Shown one piece after another: positions 50,401 to 59,561 of a stretch of DNA of 64,000 nt. Position 1 is the first letter of the stretch, and each line of letters begins with the position of its first letter. The position numbers were made by a program, and so were the translations under genes. The stretch is from Octopus sinensis (taxonomy: Eukaryota), in NCBI RefSeq assembly GCF_006345805.1, contig NC_043003.1, positions 39,804,001 to 39,868,000 on the forward strand. Reading direction: 5' to 3'. Under the pieces are notes generated by a model. That model was not told the origin of the DNA and did no database searches. It saw only the letters and a program-made list of their open reading frames with translations.

Positions 50401-53400
50401 TGCCATCTCAAAAACAAGATGGATTGGATAATATATTCTATGGTACATGCTGGAAAGAAGGAATGGTCATTGTTTGGTTGGTTTTGATCATGGATTTACT
50501 CAAGTTTGACTTGGGGGTTAAACAATTACAACTATCCAAATTTCATCACTAGCAGCAACAAATCAATACTACCCATAATTCACTACAAAACAGCAAATCA
50601 TGATGTGTGAAACAGCAGCAGTACCAACAGCACAGTTAGCCCACCACCACGACCACCACCATGTAGCCAATCACATTAGGGCTGCTGTTGCTCCCACCAG
50701 TAACAACAGCAGCAGCCTTAATGCTATAGCTAACCTACGCACACATAATACCACATTGTAACTTATAAAAGCATCAAGTACCTTATGGTAATTCCCGGGT
50801 ACACCATGAATGAGCTGTTGCTGGGCCATCAACAGTTTCTTCCTCTTGTGACTCTCCCTGCTGATTTTAGAAAGCTCCTTCTGGAGTTTCTCAATCTGTT
50901 GCTTGAGATCATTCTCCTTCTGTAGGATTAAAAACAACATCAATAAAACCTTGACAGTAATAAATAACAAAGTGAAATAATTTCCCAAGCCAGAAACATT
51001 TACAACATTGTGCTGTTAAGAATCTGAATATAGAATCTGATCTGGCAGAGTTTCTACAGCTGGATGCCCTTCCTAACGCCAGCCACTCCAAGAGTGTAGT
51101 GGGTGCTTTTACATGCCACCAGCACGAGGGCCAGTCTGGCGGTACTGGCAACGGTCACGCTCAAATGGTGTTTTTTATGTGCCACCTGCAAAGGAGTCAG
51201 TCCAGCGGCACTGGCAACAACCTTGCTCGAATGTTTTGTTCACATGCCAGTAGGGCGACGCAGGTAACGATCACGCTCAAATGGTGCTTTTTATGTGCCA
51301 CCGGCATGGAAGCCAGACAGCTGCTCTGGCAGTGTTCCCGCTCATATGGAGCTGTTAGCACTCTACTGGTATGGGTGCCAGTCATCAAATTTGGTTAATT
51401 TTGATTTCACTTGCCCCAACAGGTCTTTGCAAGCAGAGTTTAGTGTCCAGTGAAGGAAAGTTGGCATGGGTGCCAGTCGAATTAGGTTCGATTTCTAATA
51501 CAATTTGGTTCGATTTTGAATTCAATTTGGTTTGATTTCGAATTTAATTTCGATATATTGCAAGCAAAATTTGACACTTAACCCCCACTTTCACACCGCA
51601 ATACTAGAGTCTCTCTATATATATTTACTCAAGCTGCAAGAACTAGAAGTGAAGTCTCCCTTGTATCATATCCAACTGTCTTAAAAAGAGAATGGTACAT
51701 TGGTTATTGTAGTCCTGTGTACTTTTATCTCAATAAATGACAGGCTGTTTACAACTGGAATGTAAAATGCAATCTAAACTGAGGCTTAAACAGCAACAAT
51801 AACAAATACAAAATCCTTTCAAATTAACTCTTACCTGTTCATGCTTCTTGATTCTCTCTTCCACACTTCCCAGTTGATGAGTTAAGTATTCTTGTGAGTT
51901 CTGGAACAAAGGAGGTCACATTCAGAAGAGAAACATAATAATAATAATAATATCAAAATTAATTGTGATTACAGCTTACATAGAGATAAATTCAAAATCT
52001 TCCTTCAGCTGCTTTGCTGTACCCTGGAGCACAGAGCAGCATGGGACATGTCATTGCTTGCTGACTGATAGCATATACTGCTCTTATATTGTTGTTGGGT
52101 GTTTAGTGATAAGAAGGCTGAGAACTTTCCTTAGAAATAGACCTGCTATAAATCTAATGAGCAGTAAACTTATGCTAATGTGACACAGTCTCGCAGCACT
52201 GGTTTCCTACCAGCTTGAGTCTCACACAACAATTGGAAAGATTACAAACCCAAAAAACAAAAGCCAAGTCAAAGACTTAAGAATGACTTTTAAGTGTTAC
52301 ATATCTGTTCCCTGGGCCTCCATTTAGACAGCTAGAACATGTATATAGAATAGAGAGGTTATTGATAGTATGTATCTTGTTCCCTCACAGCATCATGTAA
52401 CCTTCTTCTCAGGAACCATTTAGCATTTAGATTATCCTATTAAAAGTAATGCTTATTTAATTAATGTTTTGAATTAATCATGCATTATCTTGTAGCTACA
52501 AGATTTCCATAATGTGAGTGATTATTTGTAGAATAGCATTGAAAGATAGATGTAAGAGGCTGGATCTGGGTGGCTTGAATATAAAACAAACAGAATATTT
52601 GGGCCAGGTGTGGCTGATTTAAATGCTGAAGCTGTGACAAAATGGAAGGTACTTACCAATAAATATTCAATAATTAACTGAGATAACTTAAATAACTTGA
52701 TATAATTTGGGTCAATTATTTTATTGTCCTGTAAGAGAGAAGGTAGAAATAATTATATTAGATATTGGTACAGAGTAGGAATGTGGTGTGCAGATAGTTA
52801 AACATTCTGGCGATCCCTCCTCCCGACAAGTACCAACATTTCTCTCCCAGTACTAATCTGTAACAATCTACACTGAGCATTAACCCAACTGGCCTTAGCA
52901 AGTCATTTTTATCCAACCCAAACTAGGAAAGTCTTGGTAGACTATGGGCACAACACTGCCTTCTCAGAGTAATAAAACAAAAAAAAATATGTTCAGATAC
53001 TGACTAAGATCATATGTTCAGTCCTTGTTTCAACCTTTGAGTGGTACCTGCCATAAAGGACAGCACTATGTTTTGAATATTTCTCTTGTTTCAGTTAATG
53101 CATTTAGTGTATGGAGACAAATTCCCAGTGAATATAGCACTAGATTCCATGTTATATATACAACAACCATCTAACATACCACAGGATAATAGGGTAGGAT
53201 AATTAATCTAGACTCAGCAAAGGCTTCCAACAGAAATCACCATAATGTTGTGTTAAAAAAATACATCAAACATAAATCCATAGAAAACTATGGCATTAGA
53301 TCAAGTATTTCCTAGTAAACAGGGGTTATGTTGTCTCAAAACAATACTTTAAACACATCACCGAGTAGAGCTATTAAGTTAAACAACATTGGCTGCAAAT

Positions 53401-54227
53401 AGAAGTATTCTATGTTTAATCTGATGCTGTTCCATTCCTATTGCCCTATTGCCCTTAACTTGTAAAATATTGGTTTCTCCTATAAATACAAAGTCACAAA
53501 TTTTAAGGAATGAATATAGTAGATTACATCAACCTCAATAGTTGACATGTATGATTGAAAAGGTGCAATTTGAAATCAGAATAAAAAGGAATGTGACTAA
53601 ATACTGCTCAACATTTTGTCTGTTGCACTAACAATTCTGCTATTTTCTGCCCTCTTAATTTGAATATTGGTTTCAAGCTTTGGCACAAGACTAGCAACTT
53701 TGGGGGATGGGAATAAGTCAATTATGTCAACCTCAGTGTTCAACTGGTACTTAATTTATCTTCTCCAAAAAAATGAAAGATAAAGTCAACCTTGGTGGAA
53801 TTTGAACTCAGAATGTAAAGGCAGACAAATGGTGCTAAGCATTTGCCCAGCATGCTAATGATCTAGCCAGCTTGTTGCCTTTACAACAAATAAAATATCA
53901 ACAATTGTCCAAGATAGAATTAAAAAAAATTTTTTGGGCCCTAATAAGAACACTCATCCATTCTGAAGAGATGAGATGTCTCAGGGAAAAGAAAGAAAAA
54001 ACAAAATGAAATTAAAGCATTAGAATCGGTTATAAGCAAAATGAAAGGCGTACCACTTCTTGTTCTATATCACAAAATGTTATGCCATAGATATTCTCCT
54101 GGAGTGTGTTGTAATCAAATGTCTGATACATTTGATCTATGTTTAGTGCAGCTATCTTTCGCCAGTCCACATGTTCTGTTTTGCGTCGAGTGGCCAGCAC
54201 TGCGTAACTTCCAGCTGTTGGAGTCAT
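10242..54227 (-). CDS. DZIP1: DZIP1/DZIP1L (Iguana) family cilium assembly zinc-finger protein; 21 coding exons, ~912 aa (span includes introns)
   Basis: Dzip-like N-terminal motifs (EHVDWRKIAA..TLQENI..ITFCDIE; DPNYIKLFKLSQLIIEYLL; SQEYL), then coiled coil and C2H2 finger CPYCPKAFLHHSYLQTHLTKRH. Exons chain with GT-AG and consistent phases to 2739 nt. DZIP1 vs DZIP1L cannot be resolved; probably a co-orthologue. Confidence 0.9.
10697..10921 (-). mobile_element. SINE family B, young full-length copy
   Basis: High similarity to 882-1117; tail abuts (TA)n. Confidence 0.85.
11689..11949 (-). mobile_element. tRNA-derived SINE family D with CORE-like segment
   Basis: A box TGGCTTTGTGG, B box GGTTTCAATTCC, CTTGAGCAAGACACTT; 12-bp TSD tcatactttata (11677-11688, 11950-11961). 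Confidence 0.75.
11951..12099. repeat. 149-bp near-perfect palindrome
   Basis: 72-bp arms with 4 mismatches, 5-nt loop actta. Confidence 0.93.
12352..12690 (-). mobile_element. RTE-type LINE 3' end (family A), 5'-truncated
   Basis: (CAT)n tail + cgtttaacatccgttttccatgctagcatgggttgg; same family as 19304-19882. Confidence 0.75.
12827..12918 (-). CDS. DZIP1: DZIP1 exon 20 (YTSTPASRTALDTEVSTNTYSTSKWGSSSK)
   Basis: TTTCACATGCAG / G|GTAAGT, 92 nt, phase 2-1. Confidence 0.83.
13669..13890. repeat. 222-bp direct duplication, copy 1
   Basis: Identical to 16046-16269 by eye except one 2-nt indel. Confidence 0.93.
14152..14243 (-). CDS. candidate alternative exon 19b (GTKNRSYVENDPIKVREQNFLNLDSILTVKK)
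   Basis: TATCTTTATTTCTGCAG / AA|GTATGT, 92 nt, open in phase 0-2, same phases as 19a. Confidence 0.5.
14302..14375 (-). CDS. DZIP1: DZIP1 exon 19a (ADDSDFSKISLLDEDINDNRLRNPK)
   Basis: TATTTTTCAG / AA|GTAAGA, 74 nt, phase 0-2. Confidence 0.8.
15450..15970 (-). mobile_element. RTE-type LINE 3' end (family A)
   Basis: (CAT)n tail and internal tandem GCCACCGGCAC/GGTGCT units. Confidence 0.78.
16046..16269. repeat. 224-bp direct duplication, copy 2
   Basis: Matches 13669-13890. Confidence 0.93.
16323..16385 (-). CDS. DZIP1: DZIP1 exon 18 (NRPHVKFPGAVDLMKKPEYTE)
   Basis: TTTCCATTCCAG / GAG|GTACTG, 63 nt, phase 0-0. Confidence 0.82.
16545..16765 (+). mobile_element. decayed Tc1/mariner-superfamily transposase fragment
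   Basis: Frameshifted SPDFN.LDYYV.GV resembling SPDLNPLDYYVW, plus C-terminal IIE..G.F-like remnant. Confidence 0.5.
19304..19882 (+). mobile_element. RTE-clade LINE 3' end including last ORF codons and 3' UTR (family A)
   Basis: NDRDLWKYAVHKKTRQAK* (RTE-like DR..WR C-terminus), repetitive UTR, (GAT)n tail. Confidence 0.75.
20179..20305 (-). CDS. DZIP1: DZIP1 exon 17 (SDFDAGN...GTKVAEIGNMIQSQLE)
   Basis: TTTCTCTTTACAG(CAG) / GAG|GTTTGT, 127 nt, phase 2-0; resembles the family C-terminal G..V..L...I..QL motif. Confidence 0.85.
21381..21489. repeat. compound GC-rich trinucleotide microsatellite (GGC/GCT/GCC/CAC/CAG)
   Basis: Directly visible. Confidence 0.95.
21961..22180 (+). mobile_element. 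SINE family B (older subtype, GGCCTTGTGCC tail + (ATT)n)
   Basis: Head ggcagtgagctggcagaagcattagcacgccgggtgaaatgc..gagttcaaattc. Confidence 0.8.
22245..22511 (-). CDS. DZIP1: DZIP1 exon 16 (SNGPKQKPTTTWSESDD...DFDAED)
   Basis: AAG-type acceptor after pyrimidine tract, AG|GTAAGT donor, 267 nt, phase 2-2. Confidence 0.82.
23294..23707 (+). mobile_element. tRNA-derived SINE family C with CORE-like segment, full length
   Basis: A box tggctgtgtgg, B box ggttcattcc, ccttgggtaagtgtctt, (gagagtaaaa) tail; inverse copy at 38822-39200. Confidence 0.8.
23857..24082 (-). CDS. DZIP1: DZIP1 exon 15 (APKVRSPQQTVRF...ISTATM)
   Basis: TTTATTGCAG / AT|GTATGA, 226 nt, phase 1-2. Confidence 0.83.
24363..25722 (-). 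mobile_element. CR1/L2-group LINE, 5'-truncated, RT domain with one frameshift
   Basis: PVSLTSCIAKLME, VYLDFAKAFNSVPH, SGVPQG, YADDIK, ERDLG, LESVQRRATK, RGHAYK, FFTLRVAEAWNKLP; frameshift near 25325; (ATT)n tail. Confidence 0.93.
26078..26405 (-). mobile_element. RTE-type 3' end (family A)
   Basis: Near-consensus copy with (CAT)n tail. Confidence 0.78.
28068..28194 (-). CDS. DZIP1: DZIP1 exon 14 (KYPGFYKERKRLDELV...)
   Basis: CATTTTAG / G|GTTTGT, 127 nt, phase 0-1. Confidence 0.85.
28658..29040 (-). mobile_element. tRNA-derived SINE (family D-related), full length
   Basis: Head TGGAGGCGCAATGGCCCAATGG; 11-bp TSD aatgaaacagt (28647-28657, 29041-29051); relative at ~63600-63920 (+). Confidence 0.78.
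29393..29470 (-). CDS. DZIP1: DZIP1 exon 13 (STKAISTKSYQDKISILKKDRVNKAK)
   Basis: CATTTACAG / AAG|GTATAC, 78 nt, phase 0-0. Confidence 0.85.
30105..30462 (+). mobile_element. RTE-type 3' end (family A)
   Basis: Long (GAT)n tail; inverse of 26078-26405. Confidence 0.78.
31615..31741 (-). CDS. DZIP1: DZIP1 exon 12 (TYNELMQK...LTEKLEKIGFPA)
   Basis: TTTTTAG / GCT|GTATGT, 127 nt, phase 2-0. Confidence 0.87.
32981..33207 (-). mobile_element. young SINE B nested in an older SINE B
   Basis: 14-bp TSD ttggatgaaatacc (32967-32980, 33208-33221). Confidence 0.85.
33330..33716. mobile_element. MITE-like fold-back with ~90-bp imperfect inverted termini
   Basis: aatgtaatgttattacctgttcaaatatgccagtggcaagtttgaact... 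vs ...agttcgaacttgccactggcatatttaaactggtaataacattgcatt. Confidence 0.7.
35289..35325 (-). CDS. DZIP1: DZIP1 exon 11 (DDHGTQNSLYDTQ)
   Basis: TATATTTCAG / CA|GTGAGT, 37 nt, phase 1-2; required to connect exons 10 and 12 in frame. Confidence 0.83.
36134..36204 (-). pseudogene. tRNA-Gly(GCC) pseudogene
   Basis: 71 nt ATATTGGTGGTTCAGTGGTAGAATGCTCACCTGCCACATGAGCGGCCTGGATCTGATTCCCAGCTGACACA; D arm and GCC anticodon intact, acceptor stem and T loop broken. Confidence 0.85.
36238..36749. mobile_element. Tc2/pogo-like (Tc1/mariner) MITE
   Basis: TA TSD; TIR ccgtaaatcctcgagtataatctgc / gcagactatacttgaggatttatgg; subterminal gtgc.tacta.a.acaagg repeats. Confidence 0.8.
37397..37628 (-). CDS. DZIP1: DZIP1 exon 10 with long Asp/Glu tract
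   Basis: TTTTTTGATAG / G|GTAAAG, 232 nt, phase 0-1. Confidence 0.85.
38822..39200 (-). mobile_element. SINE family C
   Basis: Reverse complement of 23294-23707. Confidence 0.8.
39905..40445 (+). mobile_element. non-LTR retroelement 3' region (family E) with (AAT)n tail
   Basis: ~520 bp similar to 58620-59167; sits in TAA repeats; clade not determined. Confidence 0.65.
41018..41134 (-). CDS. DZIP1: DZIP1 exon 9 (KSQEKIQLNQKK...SAISKKQ)
   Basis: TCTTAG / CAG|GTATGT, 117 nt, phase 0-0. Confidence 0.82.
41495..41825 (+). mobile_element. decayed RTE-clade ORF C-terminal fragment
   Basis: GRPKLRYKDMLKNNL ... AFEEDRQQRLTTAREK ... CASSFGLRSHM. Confidence 0.7.
41865..41876 (-). CDS. candidate 12-nt microexon (SLIQ)
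   Basis: GAGCAG|AGTCTTATCCAG|GTAAAT; phase 0-0 between two phase-0 junctions; weak pyrimidine tract. Confidence 0.3.
41960..42318. repeat. degenerate minisatellite, ~38-bp unit, ~9 copies
   Basis: Consensus approx ctcactgtggtacctacttacagttaggtggactgtac. Confidence 0.85.
42461..42568 (-). CDS. DZIP1: DZIP1 exon 8 (IQNLEKNF...WRLQMEELKKKHKEEMLQ)
   Basis: TGTGTCTAG / CAG|GTCAGT, 108 nt, coiled coil. Confidence 0.87.
42625..42935 (-). mobile_element. degraded 3' end of CR1-type LINE related to 24363-25722
   Basis: Shares ctcaggtgcactacaactcatc UTR motif and HSTHDFWKHF..LPEIRQQYT* remnant. Confidence 0.7.
44590..45027 (-). mobile_element. composite of two SINE B units
   Basis: Old-type unit 44590-44792 joined to young-type unit from 44793; single outer TSD catgttgtagcat (44577-44589, 45028-45040). 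Confidence 0.8.
45214..45458 (-). CDS. DZIP1: DZIP1 exon 7 (SVKQTNLGAIRDDDDE...LLQKK)
   Basis: TTTTGCAG / AAG|GTACCG, 245 nt, phase 1-0. Confidence 0.87.
46216..46666. repeat. degenerate minisatellite, ~19-20-bp unit, >20 copies
   Basis: Consensus approx tgtaattaactggacagat. Confidence 0.85.
46705..46789 (-). CDS. DZIP1: DZIP1 exon 6 (KETANMWKLFHERDLQYEANLKELMKKF)
   Basis: TTTTCCAG / T|GTAAGT, 85 nt, phase 0-1 matching exon 7. Confidence 0.85.
47172..48216. repeat. pair of ~150-bp direct repeats (47172-47323, 48064-48216)
   Basis: About 90% identical by eye, 740-bp spacer. Confidence 0.85.
49067..49315 (-). CDS. DZIP1: DZIP1 exon 5 containing the C2H2 zinc finger
   Basis: TTTGCAG|TGT; C-x2-C-x12-H-x4-H; donor CAT|GTAAAT, 249 nt. 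Confidence 0.88.
50782..50919 (-). CDS. DZIP1: DZIP1 exon 4 (KENDLKQQ...RKKLLMAQQQL...NYHK)
   Basis: CCTACAG / AAG|GTACTT, 138 nt, coiled coil leading into the zinc finger. Confidence 0.9.
51034..51460 (-). mobile_element. RTE-type 3' UTR fragment (family A)
   Basis: Matches 19304-19882 in reverse; tail missing. Confidence 0.75.
51835..51900 (-). CDS. DZIP1: DZIP1 exon 3 (NSQEYLTHQLGSVEERIKKHEQ)
   Basis: TTTGTTCCAG / CAG|GTAAGA, 66 nt, phase 0-0, SQEYL motif. Confidence 0.92.
52657..52728 (-). CDS. DZIP1: DZIP1 exon 2 (DNKIIDPNYIKLFKLSQLIIEYLL)
   Basis: TCTCTTACAG acceptor, TTG|GTAAGT donor, 72 nt, conserved DP..KLF.L.QL.IEYLL motif. Confidence 0.93.
54054..54227 (-). CDS. DZIP1: DZIP1 coding exon 1 (MTPTAG...VDWRKIAA...FCDIEQEV)
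   Basis: Dzip-like N motif; AAG ATG start; donor GTG|GTACGC, phase 0. Confidence 0.9.
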
Positions 54228-54323
54228 CTTGTCAATGGTGCTGTGTATATCCTAGACTATAGCCAACCATCAAGTGTTGTACAGGCTAACTAAAACAGCA
54301 GTTTAACCTTATATATATTGAAC
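54228..54323 (-). other. 5' UTR part of first coding exon
   Basis: Acceptor TTTCTTTGTCTTTTTAG|G at 54323; in-frame TAG 27 nt upstream of the ATG at 54227, so an upstream non-coding exon is implied. Confidence 0.7.
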
Positions 54324-54648
54324 CTAAAAAGACAAAGAAAAATGAAAAATGAAATTAGAAATAAAAGTATCCTAAATATCATCCATGAGAGTTGCAGAGT
54401 ATAAAACCAGGTTCCCAGTGGGGTGAATTTGTAACAGTTGAAGAGCTATTTCGTTACAATAATTTAACTCGTAAAGTTGATACATTTTTCAAGGAGAGAG
54501 GAAGAGAAAGAGAAAGGGAGAAAAAGAAAAAGGGGGGATATTAAGGGAGGTAATTCTAGCTAAACCTGGGTTCTGAAAGTAGTTAATAGAATAATTCATG
54601 TTTTACCCTTGATGATGACGATGATATGATAATTATCATCATGTAGAT

Positions 54649-54938
54649 CAGTGGTTCCCAAACATTTTCAGGCTGCCGCTCCCTTGACACCCAAACCACA
54701 TTCCTAGCACCATGACCCCAACTAACCATCACAAAGATAGACCTCTTTCTGAAGCAACTGTATTTCATAAATAAAACTTAACCTAATGGACCCATTATTT
54801 TGTTGTTTTTACATGAATCGCCACCCCATTACGCTCTCAATTTTTACATTAATAGCTACCCAATTATTGCTCCACTTTTCTTCAATGTCTCCTTGGAACT
54901 TTCCACCACCCCAGTGGTGGGCACTTTGGTAACTACTG
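54649..54938. mobile_element. hAT (Charlie-like) MITE
   Basis: TIR cagtggttcccaaa / tttggtaactactg; 8-bp TSD atgtagat / atgcagat. Confidence 0.8.
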
Positions 54939-55169
54939 ATGCAGATCATATCATAAAAAAAACATCACCATCATCATCAATATTGCCATTATCATCATTG
55001 CCACAGCCATCATCATATTTTTTCCTTGTTTTCCTTGCCATTGTCAAAATTAATCACATCTTCCGCAACATGCAATGCACACATGCTCAATAAATTAACC
55101 CAAGTAGCATCCTCTTAAACTATATGTAATTAAAACGTCATGATTCAAAAATTAAGGCAATAATAATAA

Positions 55170-55980
55170 TTGTTTCAAATTTTGGCACAAAGACAGCAGT
55201 TTTAGGTTAGTTGATTGCATCAACACCAGTACTTGACTAGTATTTTATTTTAACAATCCTGAAAGCACGAAAGGCAAAGCTGACATAAACAGAATTTGAA
55301 CTAGGAATGAAAAGAGCTGGAAAAAAATGCCGCTATTTAATTTGTCCACTGTGCTAATTATTCTTCCAGCTCACCACTTTGAGGTAACAATAGCAATTTG
55401 AAATTTGGGTACAATGCTAGTAAGTTTGGGGAATGGGGTAAGTTGATTACATTGACCCCAGTGCTCAACTGGTACTTATTTTATCAGCCCCACGAGGATG
55501 AAAGGCAAAGTTGACCTAAGTGGAATTTGAACTCATAATGTAAATATGCAAGAAATGCTACTAAGCATTTTGCCCAGTGCACTAACTATTTTACCAATTC
55601 ACTCCTTTTATGGTAACAATAATAGTTCTTTCTTTCTCCTATAGGAAAGGCCTGAAATTTCAAAGCTAGCTTCAATGGTATTTGAACTCAGATCATAAAG
55701 AGCTAGAAATATCACTAAGCACTTTTTCTCACATGCTAACGATTCTGCCAGTTCATCATCTAAGGATGATTGTTTCCGATTTAGAGAGGAGACCAGAAAA
55801 TTCAGAAGGAAAGGGGTTAATTGATACCATAGACCCCACTACTTGATTGGTATTTTATTTTGTAGACCATGAAGGGATGAAAAGCAAAGTTGACCTTGGT
55901 GGATTTTGAACTCAGAACAGTCAGAACAAATGTCATATGGCATTTTTTTCCAACCTTTCAATGATTCTGCCAGAATCCTC
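55170..55980 (-). mobile_element. tandem cluster of about four decayed SINE B copies
   Basis: Repeated gaaaggcaaagttgacc..ggaatttgaactca..tgctaac.attct units in the same orientation. Confidence 0.7.
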
Positions 55981-56149
55981 CTCCTTCTCCCCACCACCAC
56001 CACCATCATCATTTGTTCATTTTCCATGTTGGCATAGATTGGATAGTTTGACAGGAACCAGTGAGCTGCAGGGCAAAGCCAAGCTCCAGCATCAGCTTTG
56101 GCATGGTTTCAATAGCTAGATGTACATTCTAATGCCAAATATATATATA

Positions 56150-56658
56150 CTAGCAGTATCGCCCGGCGTTGCTCGGGTTTGTAAGGGAAATAACTATATA
56201 AGCATTTTTAGAGAGTTACTTCCCTTATAAATTCGGGCTTTCTTAGCCATTTTTGTTTTGGTGTCTTCAAGCCATGAAGTCGTTGTTCTAAAAGAACGCT
56301 GGTCTCCTTCACAACGCATTACGACGTTGATTTCTTTACACTCCCTTCCCCACAGCTTCACGAGGGAGGGAAGAAGGGGGAGAAGCAAACAGGTGCAGCT
56401 GTGACCATGGACGCCAACTCCGCCGCCATCGACACACGATGCATTTTATGCATTAAAATGGAATAAAAAATGATGTTAAATTATTTTTAAAATCGTAGAC
56501 TCATCGTTGACGCGCGCTAATAGTCAGATGGGCTCGATATGAATCACGACTATAAGATACCCGAATTTGGTTAAACTGCACCGCAAAATGTGGGAGGAGT
56601 TAGGAATCTAAATCGAAGGGGACAGACACTCACACAACTAGAGTTTTATATATATAGA
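56150..56658 (-). mobile_element. non-autonomous Helitron
   Basis: Minus strand A|TCTATATATATAAAA ... CCCGAGCAACGCCGGG hairpin, GCTAG|T; no TSD. Confidence 0.82.
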
Positions 56659-58282
56659 TATACAAATGAACCTTAACCACTTGTACACATATAACTAAAG
56701 AAACTATTGTTACCAAGAAGTGCCATTTCGTTAATGAAACTCTTACGAAATTTTTTCCATTCATCTGATGTACATTTGTGTTGATAATTGTGTGCCTAGG
56801 TTAAGATAATTATCACCCTTAGGTCATGGCACAAATTCACAGATTTGTAAGTAGGAATATAGGTAAGCGACTCATCATCAGTACATGGCTGGTTCTATAT
56901 TTTATAACTCCCAAGAGATGAAACAAACGCTAAGTCAAAGCAGGCAGGATTTGAACAAAGTATGTAAGGGAGCATAATTAAATTCAGCAAAGTCATTAGT
57001 CTGGTACTCTGCTGCTCCTGTCACCCCATCATTCTAGAGTTAAGAGAATAATGATTTCTTGTAATGGAACATGGTTACAATCTTATTGTTATTGTCGTTA
57101 TTGTTGTATAAGGTAGCAAGCTGGTGGAATTGTTAGCAAGTTGGACAAAATACTTGGCAGCATTTCTTCCAGCCCTTTATGCTCTGGGTTCAAATTCTAC
57201 CAATGTTGATTTAAATTTTTTTTGCCCCCTTTTCATCCTTTCAGAGTTGTTAAAATAAATACTAGTTGATGACTGGACTCAATGTAATCATCTTAACTAC
57301 TCCTTTAAAATTGCTGGCCTTGTGCAAAACTTGAAACTATTATTGTTGATGATGTTGATGATGATGATAGCGGTGGTGATAGGGGAGTATAGTTGATTAG
57401 ATTTATGCCAATGCAAGACAGTTGCTAAGTTTGAGAACCTGGTTTGATGAAATGCGTCAGTAAACGTAGCTGGATTTAAACTCAAATCACAGATGGATTA
57501 TAGCTAAAAACTAAATAGACATTCTATCATACCTATTCCATTATCTTCAGATAAAATAATAATACAAAATAATAATAATAATAATAATACCAACAACAAC
57601 AACAACAAAAACATATAGATAGATATAGATATATAAATATATCTTTATGTGCATGTCTTTGTGCCTGTGTTTGTCCTCCTCCAATACTGCTTGAAAACTG
57701 GTGTTTGTGTGTTTATGTCCCCACAGCTTAAAGGTTTGGCAAAAGAGACTGGCAGAATTGACTAGGCTTAAGTACAGGGCGTCGCCTTGTTCTGCTAAAA
57801 TTCTTCAAGGTGGTACCCCAGCAAGGCCAGTCTGACTGAAACAAAGTAAAAGATACACACACACACACATGAAAGGTGTTTTACAGTTTCCATCAACTAA
57901 AATCCACTCACAAGTGGGTTAGTCAATTACAATTCCTTCAGTACTTGACTGGTATTTGACTTTATTGATCACAAAAGGATGAAAGGTAAAGATGACCTTG
58001 GTGGGATTTGAGCTCAAATTGTAAAGAGTCAGAAGAAATGCTGCTAAGCATTGTTTGGTATGCTAACAATTCTGCCAGTTTGCCACCACCAGAGCAAAAC
58101 ACATAACAAAAGGTGATGTCACTAGATATGATGGTAATAAGTAGTTAATGCTAAAAATTGTGATGGAAATTTGTCATGAATAAAGAAACAAATTAACTGG
58201 TGCGATATAATGAATAAGGCAATACTAAAAATAGTGGTATTTCATTAGATTCACAAACCATGAAAATTTGTCAGTTGTGTGT

Positions 58283-58329
<47 letters not shown>

Positions 58330-58619
58330 GCATTTTATATTCAGATGGATGTAATTTTTCTTTTCTCTTAATGACAATGATATAGATGATGAGAATAATG
58401 ATGATAATAATAACTATTAAAATAAGAAAGATAATGATAGCAACAATAAGAATGAAGATAATCACCATAGATGATGATGATACTGATGACCATAATACTA
58501 ATATTTTGTTACAGTTGATGATGATGATGATAGTAATAGAATAATGATTACAAAGCTAATGATTAAGATGAAAATGATGATATAGGAATGACAGTTTTGA
58601 TGATAATGATAATAAAAAT

Positions 58620-59167
58620 TTGCCTTGATGCAGTACTAGGCACTGGCTCTCATGGCTTCTGATCTTAACTGATTGGAAGTGTTGTCATGCACATATTTTG
58701 TCTTGGTATAAACGGATGACTACAGCAAATGTTCTGCTCAATACCACGGATTTGCTTGTCAGTTGCTTGACCTTAACCAGTTGAGCATGTCCCTTAATGG
58801 CTGATGATATGTGCATCTCTGATCACGAGCAGATAGTGGGGAGCATCATAGCCATGTGTTGACAGGAATTCTTTGGGATTTGAATAATTTGCCTTTGGAA
58901 ACATGGGTGCTTCATTCATCATCCTTAAACAACCCTTAAACAGGGAATTTTTGAGTTGTATAGGCTATTCAACCTGCATAAAATTCTAACTGGGCTCCAG
59001 CTGCAAAGTCATATGCTGTTTATCTTGATAGGAGATCATTATGTCACACACTTAGAGTTATGATGGTGTACTCTTATTAGACGTGTAGTCATGATGGGTA
59101 TAGTGACCTTCATATATTTGTACCCCAGCATCACTTTGATGGCACTCACTACTCTCTCTCACTCAAT
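58620..59167 (+). mobile_element. family E retroelement 3' region
   Basis: Similar to 39905-40445. Confidence 0.65.
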
Positions 59168-59177
59168 TATATATAAA

Positions 59178-59561
59178 CTAGCAGTATCGCCCGGCGTTGC
59201 TCAGGTTTGTAAGGGAAATAACTATAAAGCATTTTTAGAGAGTTATAGCCAAAAAATAGCAAAAAAATGGAAAAAAATGATGGTAAATTTTTTTTTTAGT
59301 TAAAAAAAGGTGGAGTTGCGTCCCCTAGACAGTTTGTGGGTTGTGTTTCTGATTCTCGACCCCATGTCGAATTTATCGATTTTTTTCAGAACTGGGGGAA
59401 CTTTTCAAAATTTTCGCTGCGTTAGTTTTGAATTATGACATTGGGCTATGTGTGTGTCAAGTTTCATCAGAATCGGTTGAAAGCCGTGGTCAGGGTGAGG
59501 GTACAAGCAAACAGACACACAGAAACATGCACAGACAAACTGCCGTTTATATAGAGAGAGA
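59178..59561 (-). mobile_element. non-autonomous Helitron with a different 5' module
   Basis: Same 3' ~65 bp (hairpin + CTAG) as 56150 copy; 5' A|TCTCTCTCTATATAAA. Confidence 0.8.

Noticed and set aside
53190-53345. Decayed RT-like remnant (LDSAKASNRNHH..)
   Set aside because: Too degenerate to assign confidently
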